Origin: Phoronis australis
Taxonomy: Eukaryota; Animalia; Phoronida
Reading direction: 5' to 3'
Length of the DNA: 64,000 bases
Assembly (NCBI GenBank): GCA_002633005.1
Contig: NMRA01000285.1
Coordinates: 1 to 64,000, forward strand
The notes beneath the pieces were generated by a model. That model was not told where the DNA came from. It saw only the letters and a program-made list of their open reading frames with translations, and ran no database searches. The translations under genes and the position numbers were made by a program. This document shows, piece by piece, positions 1 through 13,011 of the stretch; the stretch's first letter is position 1; every line of letters starts with the position of its first letter.

Positions 1-145
1 TGGTATGTTGCGTGTTCCCACGTCCCCATTGTGAAAGACCAAAGGAAAGGGTAATAGTTTGGTATGTTGGGTGTTCCCACGTCCCCACTGTGACAGACCA
101 AAGGGTAATAATTTGTTATGTTGCGTGTTTCCCATTGTTAAAGAC
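1..145. repeat. Tandem repeat of about 55-59 bp, 2.5 copies, truncated by the window start
   Basis: TGGTATGTTGCGTGTTCCCACGTCCCCA... recurs at 1, 60 and about 114. Confidence 0.8.
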
Positions 146-319
146 AAAAATACAAAATATGAGCCACTATGAAGGCGACTAATATTTTCTGAAACATCAC
201 ATTTTGGGGCGTTGTGGTCTAAATAGCGAGTTTAGACTAGCGGAGATAGGGTGTTCCTTCAAGGGTATTAGCCCTAGTTTCTCACAGCCTCTTTCAGTTT
301 CTAGTTTAATATTTTTCAG

Positions 320-494
320 ACATTATTGAAAGAGTAAAATATGGAGAAAACCCTCCGTTTAGACCGTTACTTCAAAATGCCGACCTTCCGGAGAAAGTTG
401 TCGAACTGATGCGCTCGTGTTGGGAAGAAAATCCGCATATAAGACCGACACTGACTGGTGTTAGACTAAAGCTGAAGGACCTAATGAAGGGCAA
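320..494 (+). CDS. Guanylate cyclase exon (end of kinase-homology domain)
   Basis: ttttcag acceptor, gtaagt donor; [15 protein letters not shown]...[29 protein letters not shown]. Confidence 0.92.
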
Positions 495-3400
495 GTAAGT
501 ACGATAGCTGGCTGGTTCCTCGCCTCAAAGCTACATGTAGATGTAGTGGTTTAATGAAAGGCTATTGTGTACGCGCGACACTGAGGCACTAAACTGTATA
601 TGGTTCAGTTTAATGAAAGGCTATTGTGTACGTGCGACACTGAGGCACTAAACTGTATATGGTTCAGTTTAATGAAAGGCTATTGTGTACGTGNTTCGGT
701 TTAATGAAAGGCTATTGTGTACGTGCGACACTGAGGCACTAAACTGTATATGGTTCAGTTTAATGAAAGGCTATTGTGTACGTGCGACACTGAGGCACTA
801 AACTGTATATGGTTCAGTTTTTGATACAATAAGAAAGTGTAAAAGCCGAATAATATTGTCACGTCTACGGAACAGTTGTTATTCTACAAGAACGTACGAC
901 AGCACCAGACTTAAGGATAATTTAAAAGTTGTTTACTTTTGATTCGTGGAATATATTCACGAAATTAAATTAACTAATTTTGGCTCTGGGTGAATTACAT
1001 GTACTCTTAACAATTAATGTTCACTGCAGCTGGGAGAAATAATTCCAGTTTCATTTACTTTAATTGGCCAATATTGTTCAGCACTTTCGCTTAGTTGGTG
1101 CTTTGTCATCTTTAACCGCACTGTGTAACGACTGAGCTTCCAAACGTTCTTCTTTGTTTTCAGAAAACTAAACATAGTGGACCAGATGATCAGCATGATG
1201 GAGAAGTATGCCAACCACTTGGAAGAGTTAGTTGAGGAGAGAACGACCAAGTTGGCGGAGGAGCAAAAGAAGACGGAGGAACTTCTTTGCCGCATGCTAC
1301 CCAGGTTTTAAATCTGCTAAACGTATAAATCCGCCTCCGTCAAAACTAACTTTATCTGGGACAATGTCTTGCTGATGGGGTGGTTCGAGCTAAGTTTGAT
1401 AAGTTAGAAAAATCTAATGTTATTGAGATGTTTATTGTAAAACAAACTAACAATGTACAAAACCAATAGTACACTATAATAGGCATAGAAAACTATTTTT
1501 TCTAACATAACAAATACGGGCGACAAAAAATCGCCATATGCTGAAAGTCAAAATTAACTTCAATTTACGCTTCTTACATGTACACTTAAAACTAATCTCA
1601 ACATGCTTCTTACTCGTTTTGTTTAAGAAGGGGGTCTATACCAGATTCAAGAAATTCTAACACTTTCGTGAGAAACCTTATTGTGGTTCAGTGATGTATC
1701 GAACTACTGCAAATACACGTCTTCCGTGTCATTTTAGTTAAAAAATCAGGTATGATATAACGAGTTTTTTAATAAAAACTGTCTGCATTTCCAAATGAAA
1801 GTTTTAAAGATATACATGTGAGCGGTACATCGGCGGGTCACAAATGGTCAACTTTAAATTAAGATAAAATGACAGTGACAGATTATCATACATATAATTT
1901 ATTTAATACTGGTATTTACCTCAAAAATAAAACTAACAAATACGTGCTCCATTGCAGTATACTCATAAGGTAGCGTTAACTTAATTTTATTCTAAGACTC
2001 GACTTAAGTGACCGTCGCAAAATAGCAAAATAAACCATCTGCTGGTTTGCAATGTTTGCAGAAAAGTGGATAAAATCGCATCTTCTTGCGAACCCTTTCA
2101 TCATCTTGGGTAACCTCGCGTAAGTTCTATAGCCTGCACGTGGAAAGCCAGATTTCTGCTACGTAGTAACAGGTGTCAAGAGAAGTGGGACAAATATCCA
2201 ACTTGCTTCTTAATCTTTCCTTGCATGATATTTGACATTCGTCAGTTGTGTGAATGGGGATGTCTTAAGACAATAACCACACTAGAAAATAAACTTAGTT
2301 AATTTTTTAATTGCTGGTGATAAACCGACAAACCGACTGCCACAACTTAATGACGCTGTGTTTCTTCCCTTTTTATAGTTTTTTGTTGTCTTGAGGCTAA
2401 CGGATATTTTATGTTCTTCGCTTAGAGTGGAATCAAAGGATAGGTTACCATTCCTGTTCTTTCTTTGGAAACACTGAGACTGATGTCATTATTTCATTCT
2501 TTGAGCTTGTACCAAAATGCCTAGATTTATATTTACAAAATTATCTATAACACTATGACAGATTTCACTTATTAGGGCCAAACGGAAATATATAAGTAAA
2601 AAGATAATTTATTCTCGTTTTCAGAATGATGTTGCTGTAGTTAGTAGATGCCATCGTATTTTCAGACAGGTTGCCCTGGAGCTGCGTCAAGGTCGTGTCG
2701 TGAAGCCGGAATCTTACAATCACGTGACTGTTATGTTCAGCGACATCGTTGGTTTCACTGCTCTCTCTTCTGAAAGCTCACCTGTGCAGGTATGATCCAT
2801 CATTAATTAAGAGACACAGTCTACTGCCAAAACCCTTTAAAATTGGTAACAACAAATGATGAGAATTTGCACTGCGTGTTTGAGACTTATAATTACTTTT
2901 TTCAGATTGTGGAGTTTTTAAATGATCTCTACACATGTTTTGACCGCATAATAGAAAATCTGGACGTCTATAAGGTAAGCATAAATATTTATTGCTTGTA
3001 GTCGAATATGAATTATCAGAATGCGTTATCCATGCATGCCTTGCACAAATTATGAAGTTTTAAAGTTGATGCCCCTATGAAGTCTGATGAATAATACTGC
3101 AAAATTTCAGATTAAACTTAATTTTTTGTACGCTATGCATAAAACGAATCATAACTTTGATTTGAATATAAAGAAAATTAAGCCGAACGAAAGAACGTTG
3201 TACCGGAAAAAGACAGTCCGTGAATATGACTAGATGGTCCCTTTGCGTCTGAGGACACTGCAGAATAATCTCGACGTGTTCAAGCTAGTAGCTCAATTGC
3301 CAGGGTTTCACATGCTGTAAGTTCACTAATTCAAAACAAGAAGTTACTCATACTTACACTAGGAACCCAATCCATCGTCAGCAACATTTCAGTTTGTGCC

Positions 3401-6400
3401 TCCTCTACCTTGATTTTACAATCATTTCTCGGGATGCCTGTACCTTCTGAGGGGGGAAAGTCACCACCAAATTTCACTCTTTGTCGTCACCCGTCATCGG
3501 CATTTCCTCACATAGACAAAACTATACTGTAACGTTTCACAGACGTGATGATAATCCTAGCCGTTACTTAAACGTTTCAATCATTGGAGGGGAGTTCTGT
3601 ACTGTACATGTACATATACATCATGTACACGTATGCGTGGATGCCGGTCGACTTTTAAAAACTTTTCAAAATCGAGGTATCGAGGGCTGTAATACGTTTT
3701 TTTTAATATGTTCCTCGCATTGTTGGCAACATATACGGTCTGTACCGCGGTACTCTCCACAGCGAATATTAATTAGCCGTGATCGTAAGACCGGCATATT
3801 AATCGCCAATCTTAATATCATAGATCGAAAAAAGATCTGTTTTTGGAAATATTCTCAACTTCATGAAAACTAGTGAAATCCTCCCTAGTTTCAAACACAA
3901 TCTAGAGTGGTAAAAACTAGGTTCACCAACTTTCATTACATCAGCAGTCTTTATTTTGAGTCTATAATTCGCTATATTGACGGCTTCATGAACTTATTTC
4001 ATTTCGTTCTTACGTTTGAATCGTTGTGATATTCTGGGATAAGGCATCTTTATATTTTCGTGAAATACAGGTATCCATGTTTTCCATCCGTGTTTTCTTG
4101 TCATTGCCACTTTTCAGATACATGTATTAAAAGGGAATGCTGTTCTATCCCTCGTGAGGTGTGTAATTGAAATTTTGATACTTTTGTGGGGTGGTTGAGA
4201 AAGGACATCGTTCATTTACCTCGAATCTCAGAACCCAACTCAATATCCAGACATTGTTAAATATCGGAAACTTATTCTCATAGTACAATCAAGTCCGCCG
4301 AATATTGGCTCATCATTCTTCGCCTTATGTTGAAAACTACTGTACCAAGGCTTAGCGAAGACAAAACGCTCCGTCGAGAACTGATATAACGAGCGCGTTA
4401 TCGGGCCCTTTCGTATTTAGTAATGGTTAGTTTTACGGTAGAAGAGCCCGTCTGTTGCCCAAATTGCTGTACAGTTTCAACCTTAAAATGTTCTAATTAA
4501 TTCTACGTTTTAACTAAACGACGTTTATCGATTGATTTGAACGGCTGTTGTGTCTAGAGCCCCTTCTTCACAAAAAACTAATTGTAATTTTTAATTAAAC
4601 CTATGATCGACCGACGCACCGACTGACTCCTAACCAAAAGTAAACACATAATCTCCCTCCCAGTCTGCAAAATACCAAGTACTTAAACAATTATTGAGAC
4701 TTTCACCACAGACTTGAAGCTTTTTTCAGGCCCAAAAGTCTGCAAAGGAAAGCCCTAGATTATTCAAGATTCACTGACACACAACACATAGGCACGGGAA
4801 TTTTGAACATCTGAAATCGTATATTTATTTGATACATCGATTTACACTGAATACAGAAATAGATTTTTCCTTGGCTTGTAGGTGGAGACAATCGGAGATG
4901 CATATATGTGCGTAAGTGGCCTGCCAACCCGTAACGGTAAAAAACACGCTGGGGAGGTCGCCATTCTTTGCCTGGAATTCCTAAGCGCAGTCACTACATT
5001 CGAGATTAGACATCGCCCAGGCCGCCAGCTGCAACTTAGAATCGGCATGCATACAGGTTTGTTCCGGTTCAGCTGTAAGTGTGAAGCGCAATAGATAAAT
5101 TCAAGACTTCGAGTGAATTCATTGATGCACAGAATTTTCGAACCCAGCTCCAACTCCACCTTGGATTTGACCGCACTTCACTCCCTAAAAACACGCGCCA
5201 TGCATACTGTCTCTTTTGTACATTTTATATCTAACAGTAATTCCATATCCGTTACTTACTACATAAAACCAATGAGTTAGGTCGTTGTCGAAACTCAGTT
5301 TTTATCCATTTCATCCTTTTATCAAAGCAAGAAGACAATGTCTCTTGAAAGTGGCGAATAATGTTATTACCTGGAGTTCGAACATTGCCAAGCCCATTAA
5401 AAATTTGTGCAAGGCCAACACAGCTACAGGATATAGCTGGGTCCACCGTTGATTGTAATCAGTTTCTTGATATTGTACACACGAAATTTGAAATGTTTAG
5501 AAGTTTTCACATGCTTTTAGGTCCAGTAGCAGCTGGGGTTGTTGGTGTGAAGATGCCGCGATATTGTTTGTTTGGTGATACTGTCAACTACGCCTCAAGA
5601 ATGGAGTCGTCTGGTTTAGGTAAATACAGTGTATGTTTTAAAATATAGGACTTAGAGTGGAATTTTTGTTTAGTACAAACGAAGTGAGTTTAGAAATGTT
5701 ATCACTGAAAACTTCGTGCGTACAAATTTCGTGTTCTATGTTTTTTGAATACCTTGCGGTCTAATAGACCCAAATTTGTCAAATGGGGTATCCTCTGCTA
5801 AAGATTGTGAGCGATCCAGGGAAGACGGCCGTAGGTGCTATCGCTTCCCAGATGGCAGGTGTAACGCAAAGCCATCTAGACTCCTTATTGCAAAAGTTTT
5901 GAAAGATTACGATTTTCTTATGTTCACATGACCAAGCAACAAACGAAACCAAAACCAAGAGTCTAGGACAAATAATGACAGAAATATATTTTATCATTAG
6001 GCCAAAAGTGTCATGTTCTTTACTGTCACTACAATTTTCAAAACTCCGCCGTTTTTTAACCGAATTGCATAAGAGTCACATCATTGGAAAGTCCTTCATG
6101 AGCTCTTGAGCATGTAGGAATTGAAGCAAAAGATGAGCAGTTCACGTCGTAAATAGCAATTATTGTACATATGTGACAGGTTGAAATATATTAACAATAA
6201 TATTGATTCTAGAGTGTTACCAGAAATGCGAAAATTGAATTAACAAAGCGTGTAAAAATGAAACTTCCCATGTACCAATTGTGTGATTAATTAACTTATT
6301 AGTCTACTAATTAACTTGTTTTGTTAATTAATTTAGGGTGCAACAGTAACATAAGATGGACGTGAACCAGTGAGGTAGACGTTAGATAAATGGCAAAATA

Positions 6401-7086
6401 GACCAACAGGGAACTACTTTCAATGATTCAACTGCAGGGGATCTGTCAAAGTTGCTGTGAAGATTAGTCAGACATTCACCCAATATTATACATCTTTACA
6501 TATTAATTGGACTTTTGGTGCCTTTTGATGCAGCTACATACTCAGTGAAATTCAGGACGCAGTGACGTTCACAAACTATGTGATAAATTCTCTGATAGAT
6601 TGAAATGTCCGCAGTTTCCCTTTAGTTCACAATGTGCTGTTTCATTTTTAGTTAAAAAATATTTGCCTTTTGCAGCTCTTCGAATCCATGTAAGTCCAGA
6701 GGCAAATGACGCTCTGACTGAACTCGGTGGATATCATCTCATTGAAAGAGGGACAATCAAAATCAAGGTAGTCACTTAATTACGCCACAAACAATAATTG
6801 TGTCCTCTACTAATCGTGACATTGAAAACGCGAGGTCAGTTGCACAGTTTCATTATACCGGTCATAGACGTTTTGAGCGAAGGTGGGCTAAACCGTGTTT
6901 GGTTTGTTAAACCGGTACTGTATTTACCCAGTTATTATACAAATAACACGCAAACGTCAATTTCGATTTCAGGGAAAAGGGATGACGACAACGTTCTTTT
7001 TGGTTGGTAAAGTGGGCTTCAACAAGATAATGCCAGATTTGAGCAGAGCTGCTGAGTTTGAAGACGACATCCATGCGGCTTATTAA
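320..7086 (+). CDS. Receptor (membrane) guanylate cyclase, NPR-like; 3' part of the gene (end of kinase-homology domain, coiled-coil linker, cyclase domain); 5' exons lie upstream of the window
   Basis: Eight GT-AG exons splice in frame: 320-494, 1164-1304, 2666-2789, 2906-2974, 4882-5056, 5521-5619, 6676-6767, 6973-7086 (TAA). Motifs: [74 protein letters not shown] in VETIG and C in YCLFG indicate GTP specificity. Confidence 0.96.
548..820. repeat. 59-bp minisatellite, about 4.5 copies, with an internal N
   Basis: Unit GTTTAATGAAAGGCTATTGTGTACGTGCGACACTGAGGCACTAAACTGTATATGGTTCA. Confidence 0.92.
1164..1304 (+). CDS. Guanylate cyclase exon (coiled-coil dimerisation linker)
   Basis: [46 protein letters not shown]; AG/GT boundaries. 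Confidence 0.95.
2666..2789 (+). CDS. Guanylate cyclase exon (start of cyclase domain)
   Basis: [41 protein letters not shown]; gtatga donor. Confidence 0.95.
2906..2974 (+). CDS. Guanylate cyclase exon
   Basis: [23 protein letters not shown]; ttcag and gtaagc boundaries. Confidence 0.95.
4882..5056 (+). CDS. Guanylate cyclase exon
   Basis: [27 protein letters not shown]...LQLRIGMHT. Confidence 0.96.
5521..5619 (+). CDS. Guanylate cyclase exon (catalytic N and R)
   Basis: [33 protein letters not shown]. Confidence 0.96.
6676..6767 (+). CDS. Guanylate cyclase exon
   Basis: [30 protein letters not shown]. Confidence 0.93.
6973..7086 (+). CDS. Guanylate cyclase terminal coding exon
   Basis: [37 protein letters not shown] then TAA. 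Confidence 0.92.
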   Translation, partial: GKGMTTTFFLVGKVGFNKIMPDLSRAAEFEDDIHAAY

Positions 7087-10052
7087 TGCCAAGTCATTGA
7101 GTGACCCGTGCGCAGAATTACTCCTACTTTTTGCCGCGAGTGTGGTCCAGTGGACTAAACTAGGATTTCAAGTCAGTTAGTACAGGTAGTTCGTCATAAT
7201 TAAATTCGCTACACCTTCCGTCAGTGTACCTGACCCACGCTGACGATGCTTTAATTATGTGAGGGAAATGTTATTTTACGTTTTTCAATGTTGTAACTTT
7301 GTATTTATGTTAAAAAATTGACAACTACATTTCACCCTGTTCTGATGGCTAAAAACGAAAATCGCATTAGGCCTTTTACTTTGATAAAATCGGTCTCATT
7401 GTATGCCTTACCGTAATAGGATTCTACTTCCATTACCAACGAGAACATCTAATTTATTAGGCTTGCCCAACTCTAACTGCGAATGCGAAAATAGCGCATG
7501 TATTCATTGCGCATGACTAGAGTTCGTGACAGAAATGGAAGCCTAAACAGGGCGCAATGCAGTTTTTAAATATGATATTGAGTTAACGTATAAGATTGTA
7601 AAACTGATTCATGGGACATCCAGTTCATTATACCTATAAACTGTAGCTTTTAATACGTGTGGAGTGGCGAAACTTAGGTTTTCAGCGACCGAGTTTGCGC
7701 CAGACTCAACACCTCGCCAGTTCTCAACGATTCCCCACAACCTCCCCCGGTCCCCATTGATTTCGCACCAATGATCGCCACCGCTACTAAGCCTGGAAAG
7801 TCTCACATTTTACCTGCAAATCATTAATTTTCTCTCTGTCCCCAATCGCATCCCTCGCCGAGACGTCACTTGCATCCTATCCTACTTTTCGCCCTTTCAA
7901 GTAGACCATTGCTTATATTGTATTTGGTGTGACTGTTAAATGTAATACAAGGTGGTAAAAGGTATCCTCTTGAGCATGCCTTTTAGTTAAATGTCCTCCT
8001 CTATGGGTGAAATCAATATTTGTACATGAAATGCACCGTTCTTTGTAAGTCAAGGACATATGTTCGACTATATCCCAAGAAAGGACGTTAGATTGTCTAC
8101 AGTGATGCGTTGTTTCACAGTCCTAACTAGTCGATAGTCAGGGTAGTTACAGACTACGGTATTTTACGAGCTGCGTAACAGTTCCAGGCGCATTTGCATA
8201 GGCTTAATGAATCCAGAAATTCGGCATACATTTGGTAAAATGTTGTAGTCAAATTGGATAAACGGCAAAGTCAAGAAACGGATAACGCGACTGAACAGGC
8301 GACGAATTGGCGTTCGTTAAACATTTTCCTGGAAAATTTATGCGGCATTTCATGACATACATGGATTTCAGTCCACTAAGCTGTAAATGCACTGTCACTA
8401 ATGAACAATTTGCACACTGATTGGCACTTGATTACCCTTCATTTGTTAAAGTTATGCAGGACATTGTCGACAAGTCTGTGGATTCAGCGAAATATCTACA
8501 ACAGTGCAAAAATTTTAGTCAGTAAAAGTCGGTCATCAACCGAGTCATGTGATAGTGTGTTTTAAGTGAAATTTAGCAAACAGTAAGGTACACTCATAGC
8601 AAAACAAGGCTGTCAGTCACAAGACTAATTTTCATACAACATTAATTATCCATGATGAAATCTTTAAAAAAATTGTTAACACAGTGTTCTAAATTGTCAT
8701 TTGGTTTTTGTCTCATGCAGTTTATGACTTTGCCCATAACAATCCTAAAATTAGTATTTTTGATAGTCCCTGATGCATTTTAAAAGCAATTCCTAAAAGC
8801 GTTTTAGAGAACAGAGCATGAAACCTGTTACCTGAACATTTCAAATGAATTATCAGCCATTTCTGAGATAAGATGTTCCCAAGTTTGCCAAATTTTGACT
8901 GTTCCTCCAGGTTCTAAATATTAAACCTGAACTTGTGGAATTTTACGCCTTCAACCGCCAAACGGCAAGTTTCGAAATCTTAATCCTAATAGTAATGTCT
9001 GTGAACGTGAATTAAGAACTTTCAAATGGAAAGCCTCTTACAATACCCAATATTGATCTCAGCGGGCACAAAGAGCATCCAGTTCAAGTTGCTCTATATC
9101 AAAATACAAAGTATATACAGTTCAAACGTTTAATAATACTACAGATATTCACACACTGTCAGCAGCTTGGTCTGGACGAATGAAGCCAACATTAATAAAA
9201 ATACTTTTAAAGTTAAAAGTTAAATTCTAAAAACTTGTCAAAAATTCAACAAAACTAACACCCAATCTAACAACAACCACACAACCAGCATAAAACTAAC
9301 TTCAAACTTTTAAGGGTCGAATTCCTAGGAATTGGGAAATTAGCAAAGCATTTGTTACAGGACATATTTAATCATTTTTGTTTCTAGAAAATGCCCTAAA
9401 ACAGCCTAAAATATCAAACTTAAGGTATACACAGAACTCCTCTTACATCTTGATCACCCTGCCAACTACAGTAGTCTCAGGCATAATGCAGAGACACCAG
9501 GTTCATCTAGTGATCTCTTCAGCTACAACCATACTACCAGGACTCTGGGCAGAGCTACCAATATTCAGATATTCAATTTTTCAATTTTGCATAATTTAAA
9601 AACGGAATTACATTCTTTTTTCTGTCCTTCAGTAACCTGACTGAATGTCTAGGCTTTGCAAGTGAGGGAAAAGTAATCCTTCATAATGCACACCTAGTGA
9701 TTGTCATTTAATGGTACCCTCTATACCTTAAATAGAGTAGTGTGCTATATATGTGTGTGCACCTAGCAGCATTAAACCTAATGCTAATTTCTTTAAATAA
9801 AAACAACAACATAGCTTTGCCATCATTTAAAATTCTTTATCTAAAATAAAATCTAATATTTGAGCAGCAAACAGTTATTTTTGGCACAAATAAGCTAACA
9901 AATTTTAAAGTATACTAAATTCAAAAGTTGATAGTTTACAACTACACAAGTCCAGTATCTAATATTGGCATTTCACTCGCCTAGTACCCCCACACACATC
10001 CAAATCTAACTCTAAACATAGAGAGCAGTCAAGTGATGGAGCATGTTTTAAG

Positions 10053-10150
10053 CACAGGCGTCCTCAGCTTCTGATCGTCTCCAGTACACTATATATATTT
10101 ATACTATTATATAGTGTATTGGGGACGATCAGAAGCTGAGGACGCTTGGG
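10053..10150. mobile_element. 98-bp palindromic MITE with 8-bp TSD (P or hAT type)
   Basis: Left end CACAGGCGTCCTCAGCTTCTGATCGT, right end ACGATCAGAAGCTGAGGACGCTTGGG; perfect flanking duplication GTTTTAAG at 10045-10052 and 10151-10158. Confidence 0.9.
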
Positions 10151-12816
10151 GTTTTAAGTAGAGATAATCATTCTTTGCCCATTAAAGTGTCAGCACACTG
10201 TTCAGATAACACCCCCATGTAAATCCAGTTACATGACCAACATAAGATGGACACAGGAGGCACAGGTTTGTAATCATGCAAACAAACAATGTTGAACTTA
10301 TGGCCCATTAAATGCCATGTTGAACTTATGACCCATTAAAGGCGATGTGCTCATTATCACTTTAAGCATTTGAATGAGTCCTTACCCAGAAAACGCGGGT
10401 TGTATCACAACTACCAATTCTATTTCCGTTACTAACAAATGCCTACAAATAAATGAATGCGGCATTTTCCAAATTCACAATTTTGGGTATAAGGCCAACC
10501 ACAATAAACTCTGCAGAGTTTTCTTGATAAACTGATGGTTTCATTTTGTTGGAAACGGAAACAGAATCCTATATTGGTACGTAAAATTAAGAGAGAGAAA
10601 AAGGCCCAATTCAACTGTTTTTTAGTCAGCTAAACAATTAATATTGATTAAGCAGTGCGCTACGTGAGCCAAAACCAAGTGTCCCTTTCCCAAAACATTG
10701 CCATATGTTTCCACACACAAACCACACACCAAAATTGACTTTAAAAGCTATTTAAAAACACAAACATGTAAACACAATAGCTAATACTGCGTTCACATGC
10801 CAGGAGGCAAATCAAATTCACATGAGCAAGATAGTCGGACGTCTGAACCACCTTTGTATTGTCCGACCCCATATCACTCGGCAGATCAGTCACAATGATG
10901 TGATTTGTGCTTCGACTCTATCCACTAATGGTGATCCAACAAAACTACCAGTACCTTAGTAAACTGTATAATTATTGTTATGCTTTAAGACAGTAGATAG
11001 AATGCCTTGTGAATGCTCCTCTTAAGCACCTGACCTGCCTTATGATCAGATTCCCATCAATCCTCTACACATCAAGTGATACTAGTCAGCCTGAATGTGC
11101 TGCAAAGCAGAGATTTCTGTCAACACGAGATTCTACAGGAGTTCCATCAAAGAGGAGGGCTCCAATACTTGGTGCTGCTGCCAGTCGAGTAGAAGCTGTC
11201 ATCAGCTATGAGGCTTTGGATTTGAGGCTGCAAAATCAACAGGAAGCATGTCAACGTGATTAATAATTAGGGTACACACAGGTACATTAAGCATAGTCAT
11301 GCAATAGTAATGAAAGGGAAGGATGGATCTTCAGATGGGTAGCACTGATCAGAAAATGAGAAGAAGGAAGAATAAATGTGAATGACGTAACTTTATCTTA
11401 AGGCCAGACAAGACATGGGAAGGCCGGGGTAGTGATGGGAAGGACGTGAATGTCAAAATGCCATGTCTGTTACAAAACCAATGCCACACAGCTAACAATT
11501 CATCTACTGGTACATACTAGGTACATGTATTAACATGGACCTGTATTCATAGACCTGGCACAACTCTGCTTAATGTGAGCAGCTTTAGATAGGAAATCTG
11601 ACACATGTTCAATACAAGCACACAGGAGCAGCATCTCCCATTCACAACAGGACACGGGTCCAGTTGAAATAAAGTTGGGCAGAGTTAATACCATTTCCTT
11701 TATGAGAGGGCTTTTCAACTAGTCTGTAATGAGGAGGAACTTTGTCGCTATAAGATTCCTGGTTAAATTCCCTCAGTCAAACGGCATTGCCAAATTTGTC
11801 ATTTTTTCTTATTTTTCAGAATACAAAATTCCATCATTAAACTTTAAAATGACAGGTAAAGGACTGATTTAAAAATTTTAAGGTAAAGGAGCAGATACCA
11901 TGGAATGCACCAAAAATTAACGTTGTGTAAAAAATAAATTCAGCTTCCCAAAATATATCTTTCATCCATCATTCAACTCAGTTGCTGTGGTACTGCAATG
12001 ACTACTTCAGAAGTTGACATCCTATTCACAGCAATGTTCAGTGGCACGGTTATAGATAAGGCGTTACATTCACAACCTCGTCCCTCCCACTGAAACCCCT
12101 CCTTCCCATTCCTTGTCCACCCTTCACATTTTTATATCCGTCTTTCCCATTTTTTTATCCGTCTTTCCCATTTTCAGGACCAGCCTTCCCACTTTTAGGT
12201 CTGCCCTTCTCACTTTTAGATCCGTCCTCACCATCCATAAGCCATGCTTCGTATTGCATGACCAAAAGAATTAGCAACAAACAATGCACATTATTCAAAC
12301 GATATCAAGAAATAACAACATGAGAAAATGAAATGGAGGAAGGTTTTTAGTTATCCAACTGTTAGTGTAACATACATGTATTTAAGAACATCACTTAGTC
12401 TATCAAATATATAACTAAATGCATTATTAGTAACACATTAGGCTTTTGCGTCAAAAAAGTCCTTAACATACGGTAAAACTCGCAGTCAGGCATGCATCAG
12501 TAAGACTAGGTTCGCTGAACTCATGACACAGTTCTGTTGTGCAGAGGTTCTAGCTGGTGCAAGTTCGCCCCTTTAGATAAGTTGAAGTTTGCTTACTCAG
12601 ATCATGGACTGGTTGTATATGATCGATGAAAATTTTACTTCAGATTCGTTTCAAAATATTTACAAATATAAAGTCCTAAATAATTAAAATTTACTTTATC
12701 AAATGAATCTTAGGATTCCCATAGTCCTGAAAAGGAAATCTCTACTTTAACGTTCATTATGAATTAGGTGACAATTTGCAATAATTTTTGCTGCAGCTGA
12801 CACTTGCGAAGTGCTT

Positions 12817-13011
12817 AGGTGGGAGGTACTCTATGTTAAAGATCACCCTGGGGTGGGAGGTACTGTGTGTAGGCTAGGTTAAAAATCACCCTGGGGTGGG
12901 AGGTACTGTGTGCAGGCTAGGTTAAAGATCACCCTGGGGTGGGAGGTACTGTGTGCAGGCTAGGTTAAAGATCACCCTGGGGTGGGAGGTACTGTGTGCA
13001 GGCTAGGTTAA
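12817..13011. repeat. 43-bp G-rich minisatellite, about 4.5 copies
   Basis: AGGTTAAAGATCACCCTGGGGTGGGAGGTACTGTGTGCAGGCT; AGGTT at 12876, 12919, 12962, 13005. Confidence 0.92.

Noticed and set aside
5521-5619. TVNYASR instead of the more common TVNTASR in the cyclase
   Set aside because: Catalytic N and R and the specificity residues are intact, so there is no sign of altered function.
7130-7200. tRNA-like A-box and B-box sequence after the cyclase stop
   Set aside because: No cloverleaf can be built; at most a decayed SINE head.
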